From Azolla caroliniana (taxonomy: Eukaryota; Plantae; Polypodiophyta), in assembly GCA_043228905.1 (NCBI GenBank), contig JBHGNT010000010.1, forward strand, positions 15,314,001-15,378,000: DNA of 64,000 nucleotides. The letters run 5' to 3'. The translations under genes were made by a program, and so were the position numbers. How positions within the stretch are numbered: position 1 is the stretch's first letter; each line of letters begins with the position of its first letter. Below the pieces are notes generated by a model. It saw only the letters and a list, made by a program, of their open reading frames with translations. It ran no database searches and was not told the origin of the DNA. Below, piece by piece: positions 49,801 to 63,600 of the stretch.

Positions 49801-52436
49801 GTTTATCAGGGAATGAGTGTGTAATTGGTTACTAGAATTTCACAATCGATGAATCTATTAGCTCATTTGCAATGAAATTGTCCATGGATATCCATCTTCT
49901 TAACATGATAGCAATCATCAAATTATAACCGTGTTTTCCCAACACATGAGTGCATTAAGTTCTTATAATTATGTGGCTCTTCAAGTGGCTCTCTCATTGG
50001 TAATTCCAGAAATAAGAATTGGGGGACATTTGAGGAAATAAAAAAAATCAGCTATTCCAGTGTTTTCCCCATATATATTTTTATCCAACTATTAGTATTT
50101 GTACGCCCCATTTTTTGCACTTTCTATATGTCCTCATATTGTTTTTTATCATCTTTGGCAAGTTTACATGGAGAGTATCTTCTTCTTTCAATATTCATAC
50201 TGATCTCACCATGTCGATACCTGCTCTGCAGAATGTAGTTTGTTTTTATCATATGAAGTTCTTGTCAACTTTCTCTTTTCTCATTTTCCATGTTTTGTCT
50301 GTTTACATAATACCTATGAAGCCTTCTTTTAAGATTCATAATGGCCAACTTACAGTCCCATACTCTGTGCGATCCCACCTCTCTACCCAACCCAAAAACG
50401 ACAAAAAGTCTCCACCCATTGTACCCAAATATCCTTACTCCCCTTGTGTGAAAAAAACGCTTGTAAGAAACAAACAAAAAAACCTTCTAAAGCAACCATG
50501 TTATGCATCCCTTTTAAAGAAACAAGTGTGGTTGCTTTAGAAGGTTTTTTAGTTTGTTTCTTACAAGCGTCTCGATTTGTAGTTTTTTTTCATACAGGGG
50601 AAGTAAAGAATTTTGAGTACAATGGGTGGAGACTTTTTGTCATTTTTGGGTTGGGTAGAGAGGAGGTGGGATCACACAGAGTATGGGAGTGATTCAAATG
50701 GCCAACTTACTGGAACTACTGGAACCGTTTTGGTTTGTATATCATATGTTGTTCTTATCAGCTTTGTTTTTTGTCATCTTCCAATTTTTTATCTGTGTTC
50801 ATAGTATCTATGAAACCTTCCCTTGAGATTAATTAAGACCTCAAATGCCTAACTCACGGGAACCATTTTTGGTTGATATAGTCAACTAAAATTTAGCTGA
50901 GGTTATGCCGGAAGTTATAATAGACTAAAACAAGCTATTCATTTCATTGCAACTGTAGCATTTTTAGTGTTATTAAGGGTGACCAAAATAGGTAACATGT
51001 TTTTCTAATCCTCTATTGTTATGGAATGCAGAATCTAGCGATAATTTTAAATGTTCCAAACTCCAGAATAAAGAGAGCGCTGCTGGTGAGTGAACCATTT
51101 TTTTAATGTTTTTGTGTGATTTTATTTTTTAAACGTCTCATCTAATTTTGCATTATTATGTTTCTAGGCTAAGAGCAGGGTGATATCCATTGACAAAACC
51201 AGCAGTCCCTATGACATCAATAGAGAGTTTAGTGGGCTTCATGAGGTTCTTTCTTAGCTTATATTGACTCAAATTTAGATGGGACAAATGAAATTTTTGT
51301 GTATCTCTTTCATAAAGTCTTTTACAAATTCTAATGAAGAATTATTTCAGGTGATAAAACTTTGGCTCTTTTTCTTTATTGTTTTTCTCTTGTAACACTT
51401 GGGTAACTCGCAGTTTGTTGCTGATAAGAATACAGAGAATCAGCCATGGGAGCTGCTATTTGAACAACAGACAAGAGTAATTTATTCCATTCCGTGCTTT
51501 CTTCACTTCACAAAAAATAACACTTTGAAGAAGTCAAATGAGTTCGTATATTGTTTTCAGTAATTATGTGCTAAACAATCATGTTGCAGGAGAACATGAT
51601 GACTCGATTGAGATTACTGACAGCGAAGGAACAAAAAATCATCCGGTGGCTCTTTGGGATTGATACAAAAGATGGCGCATGGTCGAGTTTGCAATCAGTT
51701 GGCAATAAGTATAAATGCTGAAAAACATTTACCCATACATACATATATGTGTGTGTGTGTGTATTGTGTACATACATGTACATATGTGCGTACATATAGA
51801 TATATACTGCAGTGCTTATATGTATATACATTACCCATAGATACATATATATGTGTGCTGTATTGTTTACATGTAGATATGTATGTTTATTGTGTATATA
51901 TATATATATATACACATTACCCGTACATACAGATATATATGTGTGTGTGTGTGTGTGTATTGTGTACATGCAGATATGTATGTTTATTGTGTAAATGCAG
52001 ATATGTGTGTGTATTGTGTACATGTTCATATGTGTGTATATATGGATATATACTAAATGTGTATGATATTGAGGTTTCCACCAATAATGTTATGTAGGTA
52101 AAAAGATCAAAATACCTGTAAGGTTTCAATTATTGCTAGAATACCCCTTAATACGATTGCCAGAATACAACTTCCTAGTAGAAAATAATGTTTATATATT
52201 GTGTATTGTTTTGTGACTCAATGTATTTCAAAATAAAGGTGTATATGTCGATATCCATGCCCATGAATTTATTTAAATTGTATTGCTGTTTGCTGTTCAT
52301 TTACGTTTTATAGTGTTTTTACAAGATTGTAGCATTATCTTTGCTCAGGGTGGGTGTATCCAAAGAAAGAGTGAGGCAAATCAAAATGAGAGCATTGCGG
52401 AAAATGCGGTCAGTTGGCGGTGAGACTAGCTTGTAA
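46866..52436 (+). CDS. Nuclear-encoded plastid RNA polymerase sigma-70 factor, SIG1-related, about 9 exons
   Basis: Ser-rich transit-peptide-like exon 46866-47590; region 2 ([17 protein letters not shown]|[26 protein letters not shown]|[11 protein letters not shown]); region 4.2 ([20 protein letters not shown]); TAA at 52434-52436. Confidence 0.92.
50354..50690. mobile_element. Palindromic MITE/foldback (~337 bp) in a sigma-factor intron
   Basis: ~145-bp arms (tcccatactctgtgcgatcccacct...ttctaaagcaacca / tggttgctttagaa...aggtgggatcacacagagtatggga), flanked by a ~20-bp direct repeat gattca(t)aatggccaacttac. Confidence 0.8.
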
Positions 52437-54059
52437 AAGAGGAAAGGACTGTTGTACACGTGCTATTAACATTATATATCATGTCAACATATCGAGAGAA
52501 CACAATTTGTCGTGAGTAATAACATTGTACCATACTTTCTTTATTCTTATCTGTATATACAAATGACTGTCTATCTCAACGTGAGATTTTCATTGGATTA
52601 TGAAGAATCGGAACATTTTTTATTGCCTTGGGGAAGAGATGCTATTACTATTTGGCTGTGTTTTTACACTGGAAGTCACGACTTTCCTTAAAATGAAAAG
52701 CTATAAGAACGAGTAAAAGTAGGCACAAACTTTTCCTAAAAAATAAACCAAGATTTTTGAGGAAATCAAGGCTTGAATGCATATGTATCATTTTTCAGCT
52801 ACATACTGAGTTAAAATTTTGGATTAATAGCATTGGCAACATGCCTTTTCTTATTTTCATCAGATTTGATGAATTGATGTGCATGTTCTTTTTTGTTGCC
52901 CTAACTGCAAGTCCTCGTGCATAGGAAAGCCTTATATCTATTCTTGTACCTTTGCAGCAATAACCAAACCAAAGTAGCCCAAACTAATTGTAATAAAAGA
53001 ATGAGATGAAGCCGTGCAAAATCACCACTACAATCGGGGGAAACTAAAGTAGAAATTATTGAAGCCAACGAGTAAATGAAGCAACATTTCACACCTTAGA
53101 GACATTATGGAACACACAAGGTCAAGGGGCACATGTCTTTGATTTGGTGGTCTCATGGAGGTCGGGATGAGTAAGATGTCAATGTTGGAAAAATAAAGGC
53201 ATCATATATCCTTCATATTAAGGTTACAATGAGGTAGCTTACGCCTAGTAGAGAAGCTACTTTGGCAAATTTGTTTTACTGTAACACTAAATATCAACCA
53301 CAACTTTTGCATAATACATCAACAAATTGATTGGTGCTTCGAATAACGTATGCATATGTATTTCCATGGAAACTCGGTAATTTTGCCAAGAACTTTTGCA
53401 TGTCCATACTTTGTAAAGAGGACCACGATTATTTGAACCAAACCTTTATATTCACACATCAATCCTCCTCTCTTTGAGAATCAATGTATTATCTATTTCT
53501 CAATTTTTTGCTTCTAGATGCTTTGGCCATCATTTTCCATTATGGTAGACATGAGGCTTTTACGATTCTCTCTTTACAAAGACTTTCACACTTGCTATTT
53601 AAGGTGGCATCAACTAACGTATAGGAAGTTTTAGATAAAGGAAATATGATCTAGGGTTTGGCTATGGCTCAAAAATGAGAACACAAGCAATCATCTAATG
53701 CATGATCATATTTACTCAAGAGCCACTAGTAATCATGGAATCCATAAGGAGAGAACGTGTTTTTGTCATCTTAGGCAATGAAATTAGAGGCTACATAGCG
53801 AAGGCCTAATTTAACACTAAAAATATACATATATTTGAGATGCAAAAATGTATTGACATATATCCATCTCACTTTTGTGTATGCCAATGTGTACTTCTTT
53901 CTTTTGAAGGAAGGTTTTGAGTTGTGGAGAGTTGGCACGATGCTTTATAGTATCCAGTAGTTAAATATTAATACACATATCTATTGTCTAGTTATTTGGC
54001 AGATGTTCGAAGTGAAGGCATGGAGTTAACTATTACCTTCTAGCTATTATGCATCATAC

Positions 54060-54607
54060 TAATGATGAGCAAAAGAGTAAGAGATTAAGGGTGCTTAATT
54101 ACACCGGCCACTCCCGAGTGAACAACACAAGATGAACATAAAATACCATCGATGTCCCATATCACCTGTAAAGAATCGGATATGATTCTTGTGCAGCGGA
54201 AGAGATGTGTGTTATGTGTAGGTGTGAGAGGAAAGAGATGAGAGAAGAGAACACACAAGATAGATTAGATAGAATGGAAAAATGAAGTACTCAAGAAGAA
54301 GGTGTATATTCACAAGGAGAATATGAAATACAAAATGTAACATTACAAGGAGTCACAGTCGACTTATTATGAAGTAGGAGAAGGGTGCTTTATATAACTT
54401 CATCCTCTCTCTTCATTAACTCACTATAACCGCGCTCTCTTGGGGAATGTGAAGAGTCGTAGTCATGGGGAATATGTAACTCATTAGTTATGTGTCATAG
54501 AATATGATTTTATGACACATAGATAATGTGACTCTTGACCTTTGAGTAATCATAGATTCTCAAAAGGTGTGTTCACACATTGCACTATGTTGAGCTTCAT
54601 TCTCAAC
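54060..54607 (-). mobile_element. Possible solo LTR
   Basis: Ends ...ttctcaaca on the plus strand, with LTR-like purine-rich composition and a reverse TATA-like tttatata. No TSD found; left edge uncertain. Confidence 0.35.
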
Positions 54608-54845
54608 ACCACCAAATATTACCTTTGTATTATACCTTGGATGTTGAATGATGAATTCGAATAAGAGACCTTAGTCTCGCCAATAGTCTTGACAACATCT
54701 CAAGATGCCATCACGAAGGGGATAGTTGGTCCCTTGTGTAACTCAACATATAAGGCTCCCATATGTCTACGTGTTCTCACGTGTTGTAGGTCCATATGTG
54801 TTTGTTACAAATCCTAGGATAACCGATTTCTTGACTTCGGACTAA

Positions 54846-55249
54846 TAGTCGGCAACGGTTCGGTTTGAACTTAACCCTAAACCCTAAACCGGTTCGAACC
54901 GAACCCGAACCGCAAAATTGCGGCTTAACGGCTTAATAGTTTAAATGGTTCAGTTCAAGTTCAAGTTTTTTAAACGGTTTAACGGTTTTTTTTTTAAATA
55001 AAAATAAAAATAAACAATCTTTTCATTTTCAAGCCTTATTCTCACGTTTTAGGAAAAACTTGAAATTTTTAAAATTAAAAATTTGAATTTTGGCCTAAGT
55101 TGAAAACCGAAACCAAACCGCGGTTTTAATGGTTTAATAGTTTGAATTTTTTTAAACGGTTCAATTTAACGATTTCGTGGTTCAGTTCAAGTTTCACATT
55201 TTTTAAACAGTTCAGTTTTAACACTCTCAAACCGAACCGTTACTAATTG
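54846..55249. mobile_element. AACCG/CGGTT-rich non-autonomous DNA transposon (MITE)
   Basis: Perfect inverted repeat aacggttcggtttga (54854-54868) / tcaaaccgaaccgtt (55227-55241) with many internal aaccg/cggtt motifs. Confidence 0.7.
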
Positions 55250-56916
55250 TTATCTCTGACTCTTAACCTACTAAATTAGCAATAGAATTGGTCTGCACGA
55301 TTATGCCTATAACACTAGCAATTAAGATTTAGCACAAGAGGGATATAGAGATAGAAGCAATGACCTTGTTAACTATTGCTTGCAAGTTGCAACAAACAAG
55401 GCACAAAAGCAATGGAGAAGTGAAGGAGTATATCAATAGCATAGAGTTGAAGTGTAATTATAATATAGTGATCATATAATAGAGCTTTCGTATAAAGGAT
55501 ACTGCATTTTATGTTCTAGATCGGTCATTTTTGAGGTCCATCAAACCCCACCTGTTTAGGATTTTAGAATAAGGGGAATCTAGATGGCCGACATACTCCT
55601 TTATGTTAGACGTAGTCCGTTCTTTGTAATTACCAATGAACCATCCAAGTAAGCAATCCCATTCATTTGCTTTCTTTTGGGGTTCAGGAGGTTGCCTTTT
55701 GAAGAACATGACCACTACTGACATACATGGAATCTTGTTATAGGTTATGGGAAGGAGAAATCGTGCACGATAATGTTTAATTAAATGGGTTAAACAAAAG
55801 GAAAATAGACCTTACGAATTGTGCAAAATCAAAGTGGTTTGTTGGTAGGTAAGTTATAAGACATGGAGTATTGTATGAATTTAATGGGTAACTAGACCTT
55901 CTCATGATTGGTATGGTTTGCAACAATATGACAATTGATTATTTTTTTGAAGGCTACTAAAAGGCCACGCCACATGGTGGGGTGTGATTGAAGGGTTGCG
56001 TCGATCTAGATTTATAATTTGTGTTCCAAATTAACAATCCCATTGAGCAAATTTCAAAATTCATTAATGAAGTAATCATATTTACGTATTGTGTATGTGG
56101 CGTGTGGTTGCAATACCTTGCATGGAATTTCGAGAGATATTTGTGTTGAGCTATGTATCCACTACTTTTCGTTCACAGATGATCAAAAACTCGAGGTCCT
56201 AATCCACAATATATGTGATAGCAAGAGCGAGGAGAAGAAAACTTAACAAACCTCCATTTTTCAAAGTGACTAACACACACTTGTGCCTTTACCCAATTGC
56301 ATTTAGGTTTGTCCATATTGCTTAGAGGAAGAGACCATACCAACACATGTCACAGAGAAAGCTAAAGGCACCGCGCAACCACATTGAACATGGCACAAAG
56401 AGCAATGGGCACGGGGCACAAAAGGGCATTCGATAAAAAGCACAAAAGGGGGGCAGGGCAGGATCATTGGCACCAAAGGCGCACAAAAAGGCTCGATGAG
56501 CAAAAAAGATGGGCAAGACACACGCGGTCGTGGGGGCAGAGACCCGAGAGGCGCAAATTGGGCGGGTGGGCAGGCGGGCACAACGCCCACGTCGTGTATG
56601 AAACACATACAAAGAGTGACATGCATAGTTGTTCCTCCATGATGGTGTGGAGGGATGGAGTGTTTCTTTCTCTTTTGGGCTAGGTCAAAAACACGTGCGT
56701 GTGTGGGTCCGAATGTATGTTATGCATGTATGTGTGTGTATGCTATGTACCGTATGTTTGTGTAAGTATGACTATATAATATATGTGTATCATGTATGTA
56801 TGTTATGTTGTGTATGTATGCCTATATATATGTGTGTATTTTGTAGATGTATGTATGTATATGAGTGTGTATGTATGCATATCGTATGTGTATGTATATT
56901 GTATTATCTAATAATC

Positions 56917-56950
<34 letters not shown>

Positions 56951-56987
56951 TGTATGTATACAAGACACAGAAACAGAGCAGAAACAG

Positions 56988-57048
<61 letters not shown>

Positions 57049-57068
57049 ACTGGCCCAAGCAGCAGAAG

Positions 57069-57188
57069 CACGTGATCCGATCATTCATTCATTCATTCAT
57101 GCGCTTCCTACGCGGAGGCCCTCGCTCACGTCAGCATGACGCCAGCCCGTGACGTCATCACGCGATCAACCTCCTGCCTCCACGTGTC
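57069..57188 (+). promoter_or_regulatory. Cluster of ACGT-core bZIP sites upstream of CPR (G-box, as-1-like, ABRE-like)
   Basis: CACGTG at 57069, CACGTCA at 57127, TGACGCCA-gcccg-TGACGTCA at 57137-57157 and CCACGTGTC at 57180, about 460-580 bp before the ATG. Confidence 0.55.
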
Positions 57189-57208
57189 CCTCTCTTTCAT
57201 CACTCCCC

Positions 57209-57242
<34 letters not shown>

Positions 57243-57645
57243 TCTCTTTTTTCCTTCATGTGGGCGTTTGTTGTTTGGTGTGAGGAGCAGAGCAGAGCAG
57301 AGCAGAGAAAGAGAAAGAGAAAGAGAAGAGAAGAGGACAAAGAAGAGTCGTCTTCTTACTTAGCCTTAACATTGCATTGACATTTGATTCATTCCTTCAC
57401 ATTCTTCTTCTTCTTCTTGCTTTATAATCCCCCATCTCTCTTGATTCTCACCATTCATCAAATCTCTCTCTTCACTCTCTCTGTCTCTGTCTCTGTCTCT
57501 CCCCCCCCCCCTGTTTTTCTCTCTTCTCAAGGAAATCCTTGTTTTGCTTCCTTATATTTCCTTTTCCTCCTTGAGAACCTCCTGGTTTTCTGTTTTTTAA
57601 TTTAATTTAATTTTTCCTAATAAAACGTTTTTGGAACTCTCATCC

Positions 57646-60600
57646 ATGGCTTTGCAAGCTTCCATTCTTCCTGAAACCACTCTCTTCTTACCTATCTTAG
57701 CTGCAGTTCTACTCCTTTCTTTAGCTCTTTTTCTATGGCAGTTTTCTTCTTCCCAAAGCAAGAAAGTTTCAAATAATACAGAGAAAAATGTATCAAAACC
57801 CCCACTCGTAGAAATCCCACCCGAGCCTCTCTCTGATCCATCTGAGAAGAAAGTCTCTATTTTCTTCGGAACTCAAACGGGAACAGCAGAAGGTTTTGCC
57901 AAGGTATGATTGTTAGTGTGGCATACATTAAGCGTATGTGTGATGTGATTATGTACAAACTTTTGTCTGACTTTAGACTTTCGTGAAATACATGGTCTTT
58001 TCTTTAGGCGTTGGCTGAAGAAGGGAAGGTTAGATATGGCAATCAAGTCGTCTTCAAAGTGATTGATCTGGTTCGTTCTTCATTTATTCCCTTTTGTTTG
58101 TTAATTTTGATATATGGGGATGTTGTAAGGTGTAATGGGAGGTGTTTTTTCATCCCCTAAACTCATCACAATGGATTATTACGTTCTCCATCTTTACTAT
58201 GTCAAGTGTATGCATGGGGTTAAGGATGGACATGAAATATGATATTGGGATATCAAGTAAAGAAGCGCATCTAGCATATGATGGGGATGGCATGGAACCA
58301 TAGATTGACACATGCATGATATTCTCCATGCGCAATATTCTACAAAATGGCCCCAAGAATATTAAAAAACCATTCGTTTTGTAAAATAAATATAAAAAAT
58401 TATTTATTTATTTAAATAAATGTATTTCACCAAAAAAAAACAATTATTCATTAATAGATTATAGTGTCAAGAGCGTTTATGAAACTTATTTTAATTAATT
58501 AATTTTTTTAAAACGAATATTTTTATATTTATTATACAAATATGATCAGTATGAACTTTGAAGATATGATTAGTTTGAAGTACCATTTTTAATGTCAAGA
58601 TAAAAATATCCATAAATTTTGAGGAAATAAAAAGTGAGAGATTAATGAGCCTTTATTTTATTTTATTTATTAAAAATAAAACGACTATACATTTATTATA
58701 AAAATTTAGTAGTGTCAAGTCCCCAAAGTCCCTCTTTTATTATACCTATTTATTGTTAAGTTCCTTTTTTTTATCTTAGGATTTTTTTTTAAAAAACGTT
58801 TTTTTTGGGGGAGGGGAGGGGGTAAAACGAATACTTGACTACCCATTCGTATTCATATTCGTATTCGTTTGCATTCGAATGGGAATCCCCACGAATGCGA
58901 ATATGTCAATCTATGCATGGAACATAATCATGGGATCACATGTTCATTTTTCAACACCGCCACTCTGTCGAGTATATAAATGTGGATAAATTCCTTGTCC
59001 GCACCATCCACAAGTCTGATCAACAGGCAGCTTTTTTATGTGATTTTCTTCCTGTAGGATGACTATGGAGCAGATGATGCGATATATGAGGCAAAGTTAA
59101 AGAAGGAGAGTTTGGCCCTTTTCACCCTCGCAACGTGGGTACTTGTGTATTGAGTAAATGTGTTCACTGTTTGTGGTACAAAGACACAATGGACTTGTCT
59201 TCAGCTAACAAAGATGTATTATCAATGTATTCAGCTATGGCGATGGAGAACCTACCGACAATGCTGCAAGATTCTATAAGTGGTTTGTAGAGGTATCGTA
59301 GTTTTGCCTTTCATGGATTCAAATCTCTTTCAATCCATATGCCAAAAACTCTTCTAAAAATGTTGCATTTTGAAATAGAGAAAAGAAGAGCGGGGGGAAT
59401 GGCTTTCAGGCCTGAGCTATGCTGTGTTTGGTCTTGGCAACAGGCAATATGAACATTTTAATGAGGTGTCACATATCTTCTTGCCTCAGACAGGGATTTA
59501 TTTTGTGTATATTAATCTTGATTTTGCAATGACTTGGGATGTATTTCTCCCTTATTGAAACTAATATTGAAGGCAGTCACAAATGAGTTTTTACATATTC
59601 TGTAGGTTGCTAAGATGATGGATGCAGCATTGATTGAACAAGGTTAGAATTTTCTTTATCATATTTCCAACTGCTTGAGTTCTTTCAAAGGATCAGCATC
59701 TAATATCAGCTTGTGCTATATAGGTGCAAAACAGTTAGTTTCATGTGGCCTCGGCGATGATGATCAATGCATAGAAGATGACTTTACAGCATGGCAAGTA
59801 TACCACTTTAGTGTGATACCTTTATTTTTCTGTTTTTTAGGATGCAAAACGTAACCTATCATTGGGACTTAACAACCTGATAGATTCTGCTAGATTATTA
59901 TGATATGTTTGATTCGAGATTGAAAAACTAACGTATCACCACTGTACAACACCAGGAAAGAGCAGCTTTGGGCTTCTTTAGACCCTCTTCTGTTAGATGG
60001 AAATGCGACCACTCCATGTGCAAGTACACCTTATACAGCAGCCATTCTTGAGTATAGAGTAGTTCTCCATGATGATGATACAAAGGTGCATGAGGAGGCT
60101 TATGAAGCTAAAATGAATGGCCATGCTGTTCATGATGCTAATCATCCATGCAGGTATAAATAATAAGTCTTTAAAATACCGCTACTTGAAATTAACACCT
60201 TAAACTTCCCTCTGATGGATGAAACTTAGAACTTCTTGAAATTAACTCCTTAAATTCCGATATGATGAATCAGGGCAAATGTTGTTGTTCGTCGGGAGCT
60301 TCACACTCCAGAGTCTGATCGCTCATGTATCCATTTAGAGTTTGACATAAGCAATACAGATTTGACGTGAGTGCAATATTTGCTGTACTTCAAATTTCAT
60401 TTTGGTTCTTTTTGTTTATTTGCTGTGCATATCATGTACATAGATCTTGACAGCCATTACAGATTAATTGTTTAGAGTGACATCTTCATTGAAAGTTTAA
60501 AAATGGAATACATTCATTCATTATATGTGAGTTCCATCTTCACTAAACTTGATTTATTTTTTCATTTTGGTTATGTTTGTTTCTGTTATGTGCATGCAAT

Positions 60601-63600
60601 GTATTCATTCGAGTTTGAAAATAAGCATTACAGTCTATGTGAGTTTCATCTTTGTTAAAACTTGAATTATTTTCATTTTAGCCATGTTTCCTTATTCTAT
60701 GTGCATGGAATGTATTGCCTTGGCGTTTGACATAAGCCCTACTGACTTCATGTGAATGTCTTCATTGAAATTTTGAAATTTATTTCTTTTGTTCATCATA
60801 TTGCATGTAATAACTCTATGTTGAATGGTGGTTTTTAGGTATGGAACAGGGGATCACGTAGGAGTATACCCAGAAAATTCACCTGAGAATGTTGAAGAAG
60901 CTGCTAGATTTCTTGGATATTCTCTTGATACCAAGTTTACATTACATACGGATGCAGAAGATGGCTCACCAATGGGTGGTACTTCTTTGCAGCCTCCATT
61001 CCCAGGTCCTTGTGACTTGAGAACTGCACTGTTGCGATATGCTGACCTCTTATCTCCACCGAAAAAGGTAAAAATGTTGCACAATGGTCTCATTAAGCTT
61101 AATAAGACAATGTATCATAAATGATCTTTTGTGTGTTGCTTCTTTTAAGGGCATAATTTGTGTTGAATTCTATAAGATCTGGAGCTTTTAGAAGGGTCCT
61201 TTTGGTGCTTTTTTCCATGTTTTGAAAAAACCAGAGGTGTTAGATTGTCCTTGTTGGTTTTCTGTGTTAATAACTGGTATTATTTCATCAAGTTAAATAC
61301 AATCATATATTTTAAAGTGAACTTTTGTGCTTTTTTAGTGGTGAAAGGCATAAATTTTCTTATGCTCAAGAAGTTAAGAGACTTTATTGTGTTTTTTTCT
61401 GAGGACATGATTACATTAAGATCAGATAACTTTTTAGCGTTAGAATTTAGAAGCAATCATTCCATGTAAGTTCAAAACGACGACACAGAACTTAGTGCAC
61501 TTTTTAGGCATAATTTCATTAGAATCCATAAGACGAGAGATCTTATCAGTGTCTGTCTCTTTCGTCTGCTTTTTTTCCATGTGTAAAAATAGACAGCACT
61601 TGCAGCGTTGGCAGCTCATGCATCTGATGCATCTGAACGAGATCGTTTGAAGTTTCTAGCATCTCCACTTGGCAAGGTGTGCATACAATGACTTAAATTG
61701 TTATTAAGTTATTGAATTGTTTGTAACCCTTGATATCGAATAAGTTTTTTTTTAAGTGAAAAGTGGTTGGTTTTCATCCGGATGAACTGTTCATTGGCGT
61801 TATACCATATAACGCCCGGTTACTTGGTCGTGTTTTGAACTCTTAAGGTGAAATTTACAGGATGAGTACCAGCAAAATATTATGGCCAATCAAAAAAGCC
61901 TTTTGGAAGTCATGGCTGAATTTCCATCGGCCAAACCCCCTCTAGGTGTTTTCTTTGCCGCTATTTCTCCGCGCCTTCAAGTTCGTTATTATTCTATTTC
62001 GTCCTCTCCAAGGTATGTCGAATACACATACACAGGGAGGTTTTCATAGAATCTAAAAAACAATATCTTAGAGAAGTTTCAAATCGTGATTGCATGATTT
62101 TTTATTCATTTCTAATTTTTCCTTATCACTTTCAGCTTTTCACCAGGCAGAATTCATGTGACATGCTCTCTTGTGTATGGGGTTAGTCCCACTGGAAGGT
62201 TCCACAGAGGTGTCTGCTCCACATGGATGAAGGTGTGTATATATATATATATAACTTTTGTGTCAAGAAAAATTGTAATAGAGATCTCTTAGTTTGAGAG
62301 TGTGGTTTCATTACTTCATAATATGTGGTTGTGAATGCTTGCTTACGTTGTATGGTGCTAGATTCGAAGCCTCATTGATTTGGTCTTATGGTTTCATTAC
62401 TTTATGATGATGTGTTGCTTACATTACATTATTATGCCATTTCGAGTAAGTGTAGAATTCTCTTTGTTTTGTTTCATCACTTTAAAATTCTATGATGTGA
62501 ATTCTTGCTTACATTTGTAGTACAGTGTTTTAGAAATCTTTTTACATTCGTCCTGTTCCATTATTTCATATGATTGTGTTGCTTACTTTATAGTATCACA
62601 TTGTTAGGATTCTCTTTATTCTAGCCTTTTACTCTATAATATTGTGCTGTGAAATATTTCTTGCTTCATAATGTTGTGTTTTAGAATTTGTTCTTTTTCG
62701 ATCATATGGTTTTCATATGCTTTATAATGTTGTGCTGTCAGAATCTTGCTTGTATTGTTTTAAAAGTCTGGTTGTATTGGTCTTGTTGTAGCATGACTTA
62801 TTTTATAGATAGTATTGTGAATTCTTTCTATTCTTCTTCACTATATATGAAGTCTTTTAGTTTTTGTTTATTTGTGCTAGAATTCGCTACCATATTCAGA
62901 GGTGAAAGAGAACTGTAGTTGGGCACCCATTTTTGTAAGACAATCAAACTTCAAGCTACCATCAGATCCTTCTACTCCTATCATTATGGTTGGTCCTGGT
63001 ACGGGTCTAGCCCCATTTAGGGGTTTTCTCCAGGTATTTAATCCCATTTCTTGTCCTAAAAAATGCAAAAAGGGCGTTTCGTCATGTTGTCTCATAGGTT
63101 TCTCTTTCGTTTCTTCATATTCTGTAATTGACGATTATATTTTTCTCTATGAAAAATTCAGGAAAGAGCCTTTCTCAAGGAGTGTGGTGAATCGTTGGGA
63201 CCTGCCCTACTCTTCTTTGGTTGCCGAAATCGGAAACTGGTAAAGTTTTAGCCTTGTTTTTTTGAAAGGGAAACCAAACCTGAGCTTCTTGTATACTCAT
63301 TTCAACTTATGCTAGTAAGTATTATGCAAGTTTTAGCCTAAGGGAATTTGTTGCTTGCACATTGTGTTGGTATGAACTCACACATAAATTATACTTATCT
63401 ACGTGATTAACCCCCTACCAAATCACTTTACGTGCTTCATTTCCAATTACGCATAGCATCAAAGGCATTCATATTTGAACTTTTTCAGGAAGTTTGTAAA
63501 TCATCCCTTATATGGGAGGGGCATTTTGATATTAATCCAAAGTTTTATACTTTTTATGTACATGATATTTAATACTAGGATTGTGACATTTGAGCTGTTC

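Noticed and set aside
51571-52129. Overlapping C/V/Y/H/T-rich ORFs
   Set aside because: They arise from (TA)/(TG) simple repeats in a sigma intron; only ~51590-51708 is a real exon.
1-52436. Apparent cluster of organelle gene-expression genes (PUS, PPR, sigma) beside a NUMT
   Set aside because: These families are common, orientations are mixed and no shared regulatory signal is visible, so chance is sufficient. Synteny or co-expression data would be needed.
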